Shown one piece after another: positions 1-12,359 of a stretch of DNA of 56,371 nucleotides. The stretch is from Chiloscyllium plagiosum (taxonomy: Eukaryota), in the NCBI RefSeq assembly GCF_004010195.1, contig NC_057753.1, positions 10,872,340 to 10,928,710 on the forward strand. The letters run 5' to 3'. The notes under the pieces were generated by a model. That model was not told where the DNA came from. It was given only the letters and a program-made list of their open reading frames with translations, and did not search any database. Positions within the stretch are counted from its first letter, which is position 1. Every line of letters starts with the position of its first letter. Position numbers and translations under genes: made by a program.

Positions 1-555
1 AAATTGAGAAACAAACTTGTAAGGAGATCTCAGCTATCTGTAAGAATAATAGGGTGGTTATGGTAGGGGATTCTAACTTTCTAAACATAAACTGGGACTG
101 CATAGGGTTTAGATGGAGAGGAATTTCTTAAGTGTGTACAAGAAAATTTTCTGATTCAGTACCTACTAGACAGTGCAAAACTTGATCTACTCTTGGGAAA
201 TAAGATAGAGCAGGTGACTGAGGTGTCAGTGGGGGAGCACTTTGGGGCCAGCAACCATAATTCTATTAGATTTTAAAAATAGTGATGATAAAGGATAGAC
301 CAGATCTAAAAGTTGAAGTTCTAAATTGGAGAAAGGCTAATTTTGATGATATTAGGCAAGAACTTTTGAAAGCTGATTGCAGGTAAAGGGATGGCTGGAA
401 AATGGGAAGCCTTCAGAAATTAGATAACAAGAATCCAGAGAAAGTATATTCCTCTCAGGGTGAAGAGAAAGGCTGGTAGGTATAGGGAATGCTGGATGAC
501 TAAAGAAATTGAGGGTTTGGTTAAGAAAAAGAAGGAAGCATATGTAAGGTATAGA
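1..555 (+). mobile_element. CR1/HER1 LINE fragment (ORF2 endonuclease region), degenerate
   Basis: Reads as decayed VVMVGDFNF..NW / LDLLLG / GEHFGASxHNSI; reverse-complement similar to the CR1 at ~16870-17445. Confidence 0.85.
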
Positions 556-612
556 GCTGAAAATGTGTTGCTGGAAAAGCGCAGCAGGTCAGGCAGCATC
601 CAAGGAGCAGGA
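553..612 (-). mobile_element. Penelope-type pseudo-LTR (pLTR) tail fragment, HHR family B, ribozyme not included
   Basis: agagctgaaaatgtgttgctggaaaagcgcagcaggtcaggcagcatcc, the same tail that follows the HHRs at 33792 and 46895. Confidence 0.75.
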
Positions 613-619
613 TGGGTTT

Positions 620-1900
620 TTGCGTGGTAGGGGAATTAAGGGGAGTTGGGATAATGCAGGTAGGAAGAGCTGAGATGATGGATAGATCAGCCATGATCTT
701 GATGAATGGCAGAACAGGCTCGATGGGCCAAATGGCCTTTTGCTTCAATTACTATTAATGTATAACCCTGTATTTCCCATTGGCTAACCCACCTAACCTG
801 CACATCCCTGGACACTTTGGGCAATTTAGCATATCTGATCCAAATCAGGGCTGGTGAGCACTGTAGTGATGTGGAAAATGAATGTCAGAGAATGATAGAG
901 AGGGATAAGGAGAAGCAATCAACGCTGGATTCAAAAGATCACAAAAATTGAAACTAAAACCTGTGACTGTGTGTGGCATTGTAACAAAATTGAATGAATT
1001 GACTGCACATGATGAACAGAATAATTATGATCTGACACTCCTTACAGAGGCATGGTTCAGGCTGACAAGAATTCGATCCTGAATATCGAGGGGGTATGTG
1101 GCATTCAAGTCGAATGGGAAGCTAGGTAAAGGTAGAAGGTTGGCACTGCTAATCACAGCACTGATAACATGGTAGTGTGGTGTCAGCTCGGATTTCAGGT
1201 CCTGATTTCTCTGTCCTCTGTTGATCTCCCTGTTCCCACAGGGTAAGATGTTACCTGTCCTCAGCTCTGCGGGGTTTCTGCTGAAGCTTTGACCCACCTT
1301 TTACACCTTCCAGAACAATAAAACATTCAGTCAATGAAGGCCCAACCCACAATCTCCCAACCTGTCAACCATACAAATACAGATTGTCATTGTAGTAGGG
1401 AATAAAACAAGAAAAATGAAACAAAATTTGAAATAATGTGGTTGTGCTCAATATTTTTTCATTAGGAAGCAAACTCAAAATAGGGGTCTCCCAGGATTCT
1501 TTATACTGCCCTACTTGAGGAATTTTCTCTCCTTTACATCTAACTGAGTACTCAGCTATGATTTATAACAATATTTACATCAACAGAAATAAAGCATCTG
1601 TTATCAAATAGATATCTAGGACAGAAATAGACTTTTCGATCCAACACATCCAAGCTGACAAGAAATCCTGTAAAAATCTAGTTCTATTTGCCAGCATTTT
1701 GGCCCATATCCCTCTAAATCCTTCCCATTCCTGTACCCATCCAAATGCCTTCCAAATGTAACTGTACCAGCCACTTTCTCTAGCAGCTCATTCCATACAC
1801 ACACCACCCTCTGTGTGGAATTGTTGCCCTTGAGATCCCATTTAAATCTTTCCCCTTACCCCTAAACCTGTGCCCTCTGGCTTTGAACACCTCATGCTGG
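620..1900 (+). repeat. Inverted paralog of the ZNF intron segment (matches ~7530-8820 and ~18495-19615)
   Basis: Colinear reverse-complement similarity that includes unique sequence, e.g. ctggattcaaaagatcacaaaaattgaaact and caacagaaataaag..tgttatcaaatag. Confidence 0.85.
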
Positions 1901-2027
1901 AGAAAAGACATTTTCTATTTACCCTATTCATGCCCCTCATGAAGTTATAAACTTCCATAAGGTCACCCCTCAGCGTCCGATGCTTCAGGGAAGACATCCA
2001 CATTCTATTCAGCCTCTCCTTATACCT

Positions 2028-2527
2028 NNNNNNNNNNNNNNNNNNNNNNNNNNNNNNNNNNNNNNNNNNNNNNNNNNNNNNNNNNNNNNNNNNNNNNNNN
2101 NNNNNNNNNNNNNNNNNNNNNNNNNNNNNNNNNNNNNNNNNNNNNNNNNNNNNNNNNNNNNNNNNNNNNNNNNNNNNNNNNNNNNNNNNNNNNNNNNNNN
2201 NNNNNNNNNNNNNNNNNNNNNNNNNNNNNNNNNNNNNNNNNNNNNNNNNNNNNNNNNNNNNNNNNNNNNNNNNNNNNNNNNNNNNNNNNNNNNNNNNNNN
2301 NNNNNNNNNNNNNNNNNNNNNNNNNNNNNNNNNNNNNNNNNNNNNNNNNNNNNNNNNNNNNNNNNNNNNNNNNNNNNNNNNNNNNNNNNNNNNNNNNNNN
2401 NNNNNNNNNNNNNNNNNNNNNNNNNNNNNNNNNNNNNNNNNNNNNNNNNNNNNNNNNNNNNNNNNNNNNNNNNNNNNNNNNNNNNNNNNNNNNNNNNNNN
2501 NNNNNNNNNNNNNNNNNNNNNNNNNNN
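2028..2527. other. Assembly gap (500 N)
   Basis: Run of N. Confidence 1.
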
Positions 2528-2650
2528 AATTCTGTCTTATGATCCTGTTCTACAGCCACCTGACTAAGGAGCAGCACTCCGAAAGCTCATCCTTCCAAAT
2601 AAACCTATTGGACTCTAACCTGACATTGTGTGATTTTTAAACTTTGTTAC
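2528..2650 (+). mobile_element. Penelope-type pLTR (family A) with degenerate HHR at 2557-2590
   Basis: cac CTGACTA a ggagc agc actcc GAAA gct c, followed by the family-A tail aaacct.ttggact.taacctg..ttgtgtgatttttaa. Confidence 0.7.
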
Positions 2651-3967
2651 TAGTGAATACAGCCTACACCTCCCACTACTGCCAGTAAAAACTTTAAAAT
2701 GCTGACGAAATGACAATTTCTAACGATTGTAGCTACTCATTCACTGCTCCTTCTGAGACAGGACATTGGTAACTTAGTGCGAGAGGCTGAAAGAAATGAG
2801 CAGCTTTGAGACAAAAACCTGTTGGATCTCATAGCTTTCAATGAGAGTCTCAGCCTGGCGGTGAAGTTCAGGTGACCTTGACCGCCACCAAACTTTGTTA
2901 CAGCTTCAGATCTCCCCAGCAAAAAGGCTGACAAAAAGTAGGTAATTTCTTTTTAGAACAGTTCACAGTCAAAGCCCACGCACCCATTCTCCACCCAACC
3001 CAACCCTTTACTATTGATCAGCACTGAGTTGTCCCTTTGCAGTACAGCCTTAACCCGTAGGAAATATTGCCTCATTCAGCAATTTCAACCCAGTCACCCT
3101 ATCCAAGTCAATTTCTCCCCACTCATTTGCTGGAGAGTGAGGGAGGTGCAGTCAAGAGTTAACCACACTGCTGTGTGTCTGGAGTCACATGTCAGCCAGA
3201 TGGGGTAAAGGATGCAGCTGGGACCACTGAGTGAATCCTTTCCCGCAACAGCAGTTTCCTTCCCTAAAAAGGGCAGGAGTGAATCAGGTGGGGTTTTCTT
3301 TCCCCTGAAGATGGTTTCCTTAGATTCTGAACACTAGATTTCTGACTGAATTCCAATTGTCATCTGCCGCCGCAGGATTCGAACCCGGTATCATCCCATT
3401 TCCGCCCCCCCTCACCTCAGTCAAAGCAAAATGCTGAAAGACCTGTTTCATGTTTCTTCCAGGCCCTGTAGGGAGAGAGAGAACGATCGCCCATGTGCAC
3501 AAAGATGAGTTCATGGTCTCTTCTGGAAGAGCAGTTTCTCAAATGAACTATATAGTCATTTTACAGGGAGAAGCATCCAGATAAGGCAACATACATATTA
3601 ATTGGGTGACCGTTACAATCAATGAGCATCAGTAGCAGAGACCAAGCCCTTTACAGTTCTTAACCTTGTTAATTGGATTCATACAATGTATACATTTCCC
3701 CTTGTTAGCTGACCTTGCACACTGAATGCTTCCAATATTGTTAAATGGCTCTACATAATGACTGCTTTTCCACCTTGTTAACCCATTATCCTTTCCTCAA
3801 GCACCCCATTGTTAACTAAGTTTTTATCTGATCTGAGTCATGCTCAACTGAACCTCTTATTTCACGAAACTCAAAACTTAACTCCTTCCCTGCCTGCTTA
3901 TACCCTATACACATTCTCAACGTGAGTCCCCAGAACCGGTAGATAATGGCACTCAGCCATCGCTACT

Positions 3968-5161
3968 TCAATCCCCCTGTGATGGCATGTGAACTCGCTG
4001 GTGCCTCCGCAGGTGGGAGGAGCGGGTGAATCCCTTCCTGCACTGAGAGCAGCTGAATGGCCTCTCCCCGGTGTGGACCCGCTGGTGGAGCAGCAAGGTG
4101 GAAGAATTGATAAATCCCTTCCCGCACTGAGAGCAGGTGAATGGCCTCTCCCCGGTGTGAATCCGCTGGTGGATCAGCAGGGTGGAAGAGTTGATAAATC
4201 CCTTCCCGCAGTCAGGGCAGGTGAATGGCCTCTGCCCAGTGTGGACCCGCTGGTGGGTCAGTAGGGCAGAAGAATTGATGAATCCCTTCCCGCACTGAGA
4301 GCAGGTGAATGGTCTCTCCCCAGTATGGACCCGCTGATGCGTCTGCAGGTTACCCAACCGACTGAACCCCTGCCCGCACATGGAGCAGGTGAATGGCTTC
4401 TCCCCAGTGTGGACCCGCTTGTGGGCAAGCAGCGTAGATGACTGAGCAAACCCCTTCCCACACACCGGGCATGTGAATGGCTTCTCCCCCGTGTGGACCC
4501 GCTGGTGCTTCTGCAGGTTGCCCATCCGACTGAATCCCTTCCCGCATACGGAGCAGGTGAATGGCCTCTCCCCAGTGTGTACCCGCTGGTGGATCAGGAG
4601 TGTAGATGACTGAGTGAATCCCTTCCCGCACACTGAGCAGGTGAATGGCCTCTCCCCTGTATGTACCCGCTTATGGATTAACAGTCTAGATGATTGAGCA
4701 AACCCCTTCCCACACACAGGGCAGGTGAATGGCTTCTCTCCCGTGTGGGCCCGCTGGTGCGTCTGCAGATTGCCCGTCTGACTGAATCCCTTCCCGCACA
4801 CAGAGCAGGTGAACGGCCTCTCCCCGGTGTGGACCCGCTTATGGATTAACAGTCGAGATGCCTGAGCAAACCCCTTCCCACACATGGGGCACGTGAACGG
4901 CTTCTCTCCCGTGTGGGCCCGCTGGTGAGTCTGCAGGTTGCTCATCCGACTGAATCCTTTCCCGCACACTGAGCAGGTGAAGGGCCTTTCCCTGGTGTGT
5001 ACGCGCTGGTGTCTCATGAGGTGGGATAATGCAGTGAATCTCTGCCCACATTGAGAGCAGCTGAACGGCCTCTCCCCAGTGTGAACACGTCTGTGAGTTT
5101 CCAGCGCCGATGGGGAATAGAATCCTTTCCCACAGTCCCCACATTTCCACGGTTTCTCCAT
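3968..5161 (-). CDS. C2H2 (Kruppel-type) zinc-finger protein, 14 tandem fingers, no KRAB/SCAN/BTB domain
   Basis: Open 397-aa ORF with 14 CxxC..HxxxH units at 28-aa spacing and TGE[KR]PF linkers; start in cATGG context; putative splice acceptor (minus-strand AG at 5491-5492) with polypyrimidine tract and ctgac branch motif. Confidence 0.93.
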   Translation of the reverse strand: MEKPWKCGDCGKGFYSPSALETHRRVHTGERPFSCSQCGQRFTALSHLMRHQRVHTRERPFTCSVCGKGFSRMSNLQTHQRAHTGEKPFTCPMCGKGFAQASRLLIHKRVHTGERPFTCSVCGKGFSQTGNLQTHQRAHTGEKPFTCPVCGKGFAQSSRLLIHKRVHTGERPFTCSVCGKGFTQSSTLLIHQRVHTGERPFTCSVCGKGFSRMGNLQKHQRVHTGEKPFTCPVCGKGFAQSSTLLAHKRVHTGEKPFTCSMCGQGFSRLGNLQTHQRVHTGERPFTCSQCGKGFINSSALLTHQRVHTGQRPFTCPDCGKGFINSSTLLIHQRIHTGERPFTCSQCGKGFINSSTLLLHQRVHTGERPFSCSQCRKGFTRSSHLRRHQRVHMPSQGD

Positions 5162-5924
5162 GGAGGGGGAACTTTCCTTGTGTTGCTGTGTTTGAAATTA
5201 CAAGCAGAACGGGTACACAGTCTTCCCCCACCGTGAGGGGTGAGATTTTGATCCCCTAAGCTGAGGAGATGGGGTGAAGCACTTTTCACAGTCAGCGCAC
5301 TGAACCTCCCTCACTCAGGTGAGTCAGTATTGTTCCTGCCACACCAGTGTCCAAAATCTTTCAAGCAGACAAAAAGCAAACATTTCTTCTGTTTGAGTAC
5401 ATGCTAATAGTCAAATCCCAAAGAATCAAATGGCTCCATCAGAAGTTGATGCGTCAATTGTTTTCAGAATTTTTTCCCCTGCGTGACTTCCTGCAAAAAA
5501 ATTCACAACATAAGTATTCATTGTCAGTACAGTTAAATAAGAATTATATAGGTGGCAATTCCTGTAGATTGCCAGATGCCTGATGATCACATTATCCAGG
5601 ACACAGAAACCTGAAAACCCTCATGCAGCCAGATCGCCTTAAGTGTGTATGGAGGAAAACTTCATTTAGGTGACAATGACCTGGAACAAGCTGCCGTCAA
5701 AGGTTCTGGAAATGGAGCTGAATCAGGGACATGATAATGAAATGTCAAGGTTGCTTGCAAAAAGAAAGCCATTAAAAGTTGCTGAATGACTTCCTGCTGT
5801 ACTATTAAATAAAAAAAATGACAAGAAATACAGGACGTGTGGAAGGTGAAGAATAATTTGATATCAATGTGTGAATCCCTTAAATTCTGCTCAGTTCCAT
5901 GAGAAACTACCCTTTTAACTGTGA

Positions 5925-6385
5925 ACATGAAAGGGTTCAGAAATGATTTTCACGGATGTTGCCAGTGTTGGAGGATTTAATCTAATAGGGAGAGGCTGAA
6001 CAGGCTGGGACTGTTTTCCCTGGAGCAGAGGCTGAGGGGTGATCTTATAGAGGTTTATAAAACCATGAGCGGCATGGTTGGATAAACAGGCAAAGTCTTT
6101 TCCCTGGGATGGGGGAGTCCAGAACTAGAGGGCATAGGTTTAGGGTGAGAGGGGAAAGATATAAAAGAGACCCAAGGGGCAACTTTTCCCACACAGAGGG
6201 TGGCACGTGTATGGAATGATCTCCCAGAGGAAGTGGTGGAGGCTAGTGCAATTGCAACATTTAAAAGGCATTTAGATGGGTATATGAATAGGAAGGGTTT
6301 GGAGGGATATGGGCCAGGTGCTGGTAGGTGGGACTAGATTAGGTTGGGATACCTGGTCGGCATGGATGGGTTGGACCAGAGGGTG
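5925..6385 (+). mobile_element. CR1/HER1 LINE 3' fragment
   Basis: RLGLFSLE..RGDLIEVYK..SRTRGHRFRVRG motif and the HER1-like 3' tail. Confidence 0.85.
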
Positions 6386-6409
6386 ACACTGAGGAAAGAA
6401 GTGATCCTT

Positions 6410-7525
6410 TGAGGGTGCAAACTGTATACATGCCAAACGGGGGAAATACCCAAGGAAAATACCTTTAAGAGGGAAGAGAGAGCATCTGAGTATCTTTGCA
6501 GAGTCTGCTCCCTCCCTGGATTCACTCCATTTGCTACAAGTGAATAGTGCTTCCCCCCTCTCTTTCCCTCCCAAGATGACAAATGGAAAGGAGGAGACAT
6601 TGCTTTGCTCCCAGATGTTGCCCAAAGGGAGGGAGTTTCACTCTGAAATTGACAGCCTACGAATGTACAGGATCTGCTCAGATGAGGAGACACATGACAG
6701 ACACTTGGAAGTACTCAAGGATGTCCTCATAAGAATGGGGTACAATGCTCAACGCATTGACCGCGAATTCCGAAATGCCACAGCAAAAAACTGTATTGAC
6801 CTCCTTAGGAGAAAGACATGAACTTTGTTGTCCAATACTTCCCAGCAATCGAAAAACTACTCCCATGTTCTTCACAGCGTGCAAAACATTATCAATGAGG
6901 GTGAGTACCTCGCGAAGACTTTCCCCATGCCTCCAATTCTCACCTTTAAACCACCACCAAACCTATTCCCAGATCATTATTCCCAGCAAACTGCCCAGCT
7001 TTCAGGACAACACCATGCAACCCTGTCATGGCAGAGGCTGCAAGATGCATCAGAGTGTCGACATGCATACCACCATTACATGTGGGGACACCACCCACTG
7101 TGTGTGCGGCAGGTACTTTTAAGACCTGGCTAACATTGCCTGCAGCATGTGAGAGAGACAAAGATGCCCTGAGGCATGGTACATTGGTAAGACTGAGCAG
7201 GGGCTACAGCAACAGATGAATGGACACTACACAACAATCAGGCAGGAGTGTACCCTCCCATTTGACCTCAAACCTTCAGGTGACTATCCTTCAAGGCAGA
7301 CCTCTGGACAGGCAACAACGCAAGTGGCCAAACAGAATCTGATAGTCAAGTTTAGTACCCATGGGGGATGGTCTCAGCTAGGTCCTTGAGTTCATGTCAC
7401 ACTATAGGTGACCCCACTACACTACACACACTTTCTCTCTCTCACACACCCCCACACACACACATTCCTACAGACCTTCTCTCATATGCTCACACATACA
7501 AACCCACAGACACACCCTCTCACAC
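6410..7525 (+). mobile_element. Penelope-like element fragment (RT C-terminus to GIY-YIG), frameshifted
   Basis: LRMYRICSDEE..HLEVLKDVLIRMGY, a CPEAWYIGKT..QQMNGH-like endonuclease segment, and a CA-rich tail. Confidence 0.8.
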
Positions 7526-9664
7526 ATGCAAGGTCTTTTCTCCAGGGCGGGAGTGTCCAAAATCAGAGGACAGGGGTTTGAGGGTGAGGGGAAAGATTTA
7601 AAAGGGACCTAAAGAGCATCTTTTCCAAGCAGAGGGTGGTGCGTGTATGGAATGAACTGCCAGAGGAAGTGGCCAGTACAATTACATTTAAAAGGCATCT
7701 AGATGGGTATGTGAATAGGAAGGGTTTGGATGGATATCGGTCAAATGCTGGCAAATGCAGTTAGATTTACATCAGATATCTTTCAGAATGGATGTGTTGG
7801 ATTAAAAAGTCTATTCCCATCCTGTATATCTCCATGACTATTTGATAACAGATCCTTTATTTCTGTTGATGTAAATATTCTTATACATCATAGCTGGGTA
7901 TTAATAGTTAGGTGTAAAGGAGAGAGGATTCCTCAATTAGGGCACTATAAGAATCCTGGGAGACCCCGATTTCTAGTTTACTTCCCAATGATGAAACGTT
8001 AAGCACGAGCACCGACTATGTATTGATTTCTAATTTTGTTTCATTTTTCTGGTTTTATTCCCTGCTATGGTGACACTCCATGTCTGGATGATTGACAGGT
8101 TGTGGGTTGGGCCTTAATTAACTGAATGTTCTATTGATCCAGAAGGTGTAAACAGGGGGTCAAAGCTTCAGCAGAATTCCTGCAGAGCTGAGAACAGATG
8201 ACATCTCACTTTCTGTGAGAACTGAGAGATCAGCAGAGGACAGAGAAATCAGGACCTGTAATTCGAGCTGACACCAGACTACCATGTTATCAGTGCTTTG
8301 ATTGGCAGTGCCAACCCTCTACCTTTACCCAGCTTCCCATTCAGCTTGAATGCCACAAACCCCCTCGATATCCAGGATCGAATCCTCATCATCCTGAAGA
8401 CATCTCTCTGTAAGGAGTCTCAGATCATAATTATTCTCTTCAATGTGTGCAGTCAATTCATTCACTAATGTTATAATGCAGTACACATTTAGATACAGTT
8501 TTTAGTTTCAATTTTTATGATCTTTTGAATCCAGCATTGAATACTGGTTGATTTATTCTCTGGTGTTCATTTTCCACATTGTTCACCAGCCTTGATTTGG
8601 ATTGGGCATGCTAAATAGCCCATAGTTTCCAGGGATGTGCAGGTTAGGTGGGTTAGCCAATGGGAAATATAAGGTTATATATTCATAGCAAAAGAATCAG
8701 GAGTAGGCCATTTGGCCTATTGAGCCTGCTCCACCATTCATTAAGATCGTGGCTGATCTATCCGTCATCTCAGCTCCTCCTGCCTGCATTATCCCAACTA
8801 CCCACAATTCCCCTACCATGGAAAAACCCATCCAACTATGTCTTGAATATACTTAATAAAGGTGGCTCTGCTGCTCCCTTGGGCAGAGAATTCCATAGAG
8901 TCACGACTATCCGGGAAAAGCAGTTTATCCTCATCTCTGTCCTAAATCTACTCCCCCTAATCTTGAGGCCATGTCTCCTCATCCTAATCTCACCCAACAG
9001 CAGAAACAACTTGTTAGGATGGGGCCCATCAGCTTCTGGCGTGCCCTTCGGAGGAGGCAGCATGGACTTGATGGGCCGAAGGCTTGCTTCCACACTATGG
9101 GGCTATGATTTCCCGCAGTTGTGTTTGCCCCAGACCGCAGCGCCCAGAACCTCACACCTTCTGCAAATCGAAAGATAAGTCCCACCCTGCCCTCTCCTGT
9201 GTGTTATCTAACTGCTTAATCATTTCAAGTGAATACAGCCCTCACTGCTGCCAGTAAACTTTACAATGCTGATGAAACAATGCAATACCTGCAGTACTGA
9301 AAATCGTAAGGCTTCTAATGCGATCAGTTACTGATTCACCTATTCTTCTGTTGCACAGAATTGGAAATACAACATTGGAGGTTAAAAGAACTGAGCAGTT
9401 TTAAACAAAAACCCACCAATTCACTAGGCTCCCTGTTCAGCACAGTTCACTTACTGCCAGTAAACCTTAAAGCAATTCATTCCCACAATGCAATGAATTC
9501 CCACTTTCCAAAATCCCAGATCTACTCACTGACTCAGTCGCTGTCTCACAAATGAAAGATTTTGTTGTAACTTCTGCTCCCAGTAAGGGCAAAACATCTT
9601 TGAAAGCTGCTGTCAAAGTCCAGTCTTCACAACGACACTTCTGCTTTCACTGAAGACGATTAGT

Positions 9665-10440
9665 CACATAGCACGAAGAGACACCAATCGGTCCAACTCA
9701 TCCGTGCCACCCAGATATCTGAACTTCATCTCGTTCCATTTGCCAGCATTTGGCCCATATCCCTCTGAACCCTTCCTATTCATATATTCATCCAGATGCC
9801 TTTTAAATGTACCAATCTCCACCACTTCCTCTGGCAGCTCATTCCGTATATGCACCATCCTCTGCATAAAGTTGCCCCTCCGGTTCCTTTAAAATCTTGC
9901 CCCTCTCACCTCAAACCAATGCCATTTAGTTTTGCACTCCCCTACTCTGGGGAAAAGATCTTGGCTCTTCACCCTATCCATGCCCCTTATGAACTGGTGT
10001 AAGTTCACCCCTCAGCCTCTGATGCTCCAGGGAAAACAGCCCCAGCCTATTCCGCCTCTCCCTTTAACACAAACATTCCAACTCTGGCAACAGCCTTGTA
10101 AATCCTTTCTGAACTCTTTCATAGTTTCACAGCATCTTTCTTGTGGCAGGGAGACCAGAACGGAACACATTATTCAAAAGTAGCATTATCAATGACCTGT
10201 ACAGCCGCAACATGACCACCATTCCTATGCTGAACACATTGACCAACAAAGGAAAGCATACCAAAAACTTTCTTCACTATCCTATCTACCTGCAACTCCA
10301 CTTTCAAGGAACTATGAACCTGCACTGCAAGTTCTCTTTGTTCAGCAACAGTCACCGTTAACTAAGGCCTGTCCTGATTTGTGTTGCCAAAATGCAACCT
10401 CATATTTATCTACCATTCCTCAGCACATCAGCCCATCCAA
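9665..10440 (-). mobile_element. CR1/HER1 LINE 3' fragment
   Basis: QRELAVQVHSSLKVELQVDRIVKK..; typical 3' tail. Confidence 0.8.
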
Positions 10441-10584
10441 TCAATTCTAATTTATATTGAACTTTCTTCCTTTTTCATTCCTTAAAAGCTAAAAATCTCC
10501 ACCCTACACACACTTTGCTGAACCTAATCCCTGCTGCACCTCATCCTGAAGAGTCTGGTTCATGCTAATTAACAGGCCCACACA

Positions 10585-11160
10585 CAGGAGAGATCTGATT
10601 GAAACATAGAATACTGAATGGTCCAGACATTGGGAATATTGGGAAAATGTTTCCATTGCTAGGAGAGACTAGGCCGCGAGGATACAGTCTTAGAGTAAAG
10701 GGAAGACCTGTCAGAAAGGAGATAAGGGAGAAATTTCTTCAACCCAACTGACAGACTGGATAGGCTGGGATTTTTTTCACCTGAGCATAGGAGGCCAAGA
10801 GGTGACCTTATAGATGATTATAAAATGAGTGGTATGGATGAGGTGTACGGCAGGTATCCTTTCCTTAGGGTGGTGGTTTCATGATGCGGGAGCAAATTTT
10901 GAACGTGAGAAGAGAAAGATTTTAAAAAGGCATGAGGTGCACCATTTCAGTGTGGCTTGTGTGTGAAATGAATGTCCGGAGGAAGTGATGGATGCAGTTA
11001 CAGCTGCAATGTTTAAAAGGCATTTGGATAAGTACATGAATAGGAAAGGTTTGGAGGATATGCGCCAAACACTGGCAGGTGGTACTAGTTTAGTTTGACA
11101 ACATAGTTAGCATGGACTATTTGGACTGAAGGTTCTGTTTCTGTCCTGTATTGGTCTTAA
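10585..11160 (+). mobile_element. CR1 LINE 3' fragments
   Basis: GDLIET..MFPLLGETR and LGFFSPE..RGDL motifs; paralog at 24215-25110. Confidence 0.7.
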
Positions 11161-11389
11161 AACCGTTTTCTTGCCTTCAACTATAACTATCCACTTCTTT
11201 TTTGTTCAAAAATCAGATTAACTCAGCCTTGAATATATTCAATGATCCCCAAACTGCAGGAAGACATCCCCACTTCCAAATTCAATTCCTCTTGCTAATG
11301 TACTACTTGCCTTACTCATTGCTTGCTGCACCTGTCTGACAACTAGCATTAACTGATGTAGAAGGAGGTCCCTTTGTACATCCACACAT

Positions 11390-11520
11390 CATTCCTGAAG
11401 GGCTCGTGCCCGAAACGTCGATTCTCCTGCTCCTCGGATGCTGCCTGACCTGCTGTGTTTTTGCAGCGTCACACTTTTCTACACTGACCACCAGCATCTG
11501 CTGTCCTCACTTTCTCCATA
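11390..11520 (+). mobile_element. Short HHR-bearing pLTR insertion (family B), core damaged by a 3-nt deletion
   Basis: attc CTGAAG gggc-like stem tcgt gccc GAAA cgtc gatt plus the family-B tail; paralog at 25357. Confidence 0.75.
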
Positions 11521-11765
11521 CCCCAATATATCACCATTTAAACAATGCACCTCCTTTCATTTTTTGTATACAGCAAAGGCTACAACTTCATATTGCATTT
11601 GCCACGTGTTTGCTAATTGAGATACAGATCTGGACCAACTTTTCCAGGGTCTGTCCCCTTCCTGGATTCACTCCCTTTCCTTTCAGTTGCTGCAAATCAA
11701 CAATTGAACACCAAAACGAAAAAACAAATAGAAAAGGGGGTGAGAAAAGTGAATGTTGTACTCAC

Positions 11766-11890
11766 AGATGTTGGACAGAGGGAGACAGACGCAGTCTGGG
11801 GTGAAGCTCAATCTTCATTCAGACGGAAAGGAGAAGCAGCATCAGCAGCAGCTTCGTAAGCTCATTATCGAATTTCCGCATTCAGACAAT
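11766..11890 (-). other. Putative noncoding first exon of the ZNF gene
   Basis: Minus-strand donor GTGAGT (actcac at 11760-11765); conserved in three copies (11766, 25907, 42785); lies directly beside the promoter motifs. Confidence 0.6.
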
Positions 11891-12060
11891 GGGGGGGGGC
11901 TTTGATTGGCAGGAGGACCACACTCCTTCCGGTCTTCCAAGTTTCCCCATTGGTCTAACGAAAGGAGGTCGCGCGCCGTTTCCGCGGACAGCAAGAAGAT
12001 TCTTGCTGACACCGGCGAACATGCGCAATATGCTCGGTGAGGTTGTTGGTGTTACTGACA
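11890..12060 (-). promoter_or_regulatory. CpG-containing TATA-less promoter (two CCAAT boxes, ETS/GABP, NRF1-like)
   Basis: ATTGG at 11905 and 11949 (CCAAT on minus strand), CTTCCGGT at 11926, CATGCGCA at 12020; locally CpG-rich. Confidence 0.65.
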
Positions 12061-12359
12061 GATTTTGTGTTCAAATGACAATAGGAGAAATAAAAAAAAA
12101 GGCTGGAACGACATTTCTTTTTCTCTTGCGTCTCGCTATTTTACTCCTTTTGCATTTTGTCTGGCTATTCAACTTTTGTACATCTTTTACCTGGGTAGGG
12201 GACTCCCAAACGAGAGAGCATAGGTTTAGGGAAGAAGGGAAAGATTAAAAGGGTCCTAAGGATTAGAAAAAAAATTGAACGTTAATTCCCCTCAAGAAAT
12301 GCCCTCGCTTAAGCCCTGAACATAATACATAAGCCCTGAACATAATCACAAGAGCACAA

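Noticed and set aside
1980..2577. ORFs of 195 and 185 aa in the track
   Set aside because: They consist almost entirely of the N gap.
3370..3395. B-box-like ggattcgaacccgg
   Set aside because: Isolated remnant, probably an old SINE head; no recognisable tRNA structure.
3989..5289. Alternative-frame and antisense ORFs over the ZNF CDS
   Set aside because: Expected shadows of the repetitive finger code.
9265..9310. ctgatga...gaaa in the four-copy module (also ~13906 and ~20054) as further hammerheads
   Set aside because: No stem II directly joins the two core halves, and there is no stem I or cleavage triplet.
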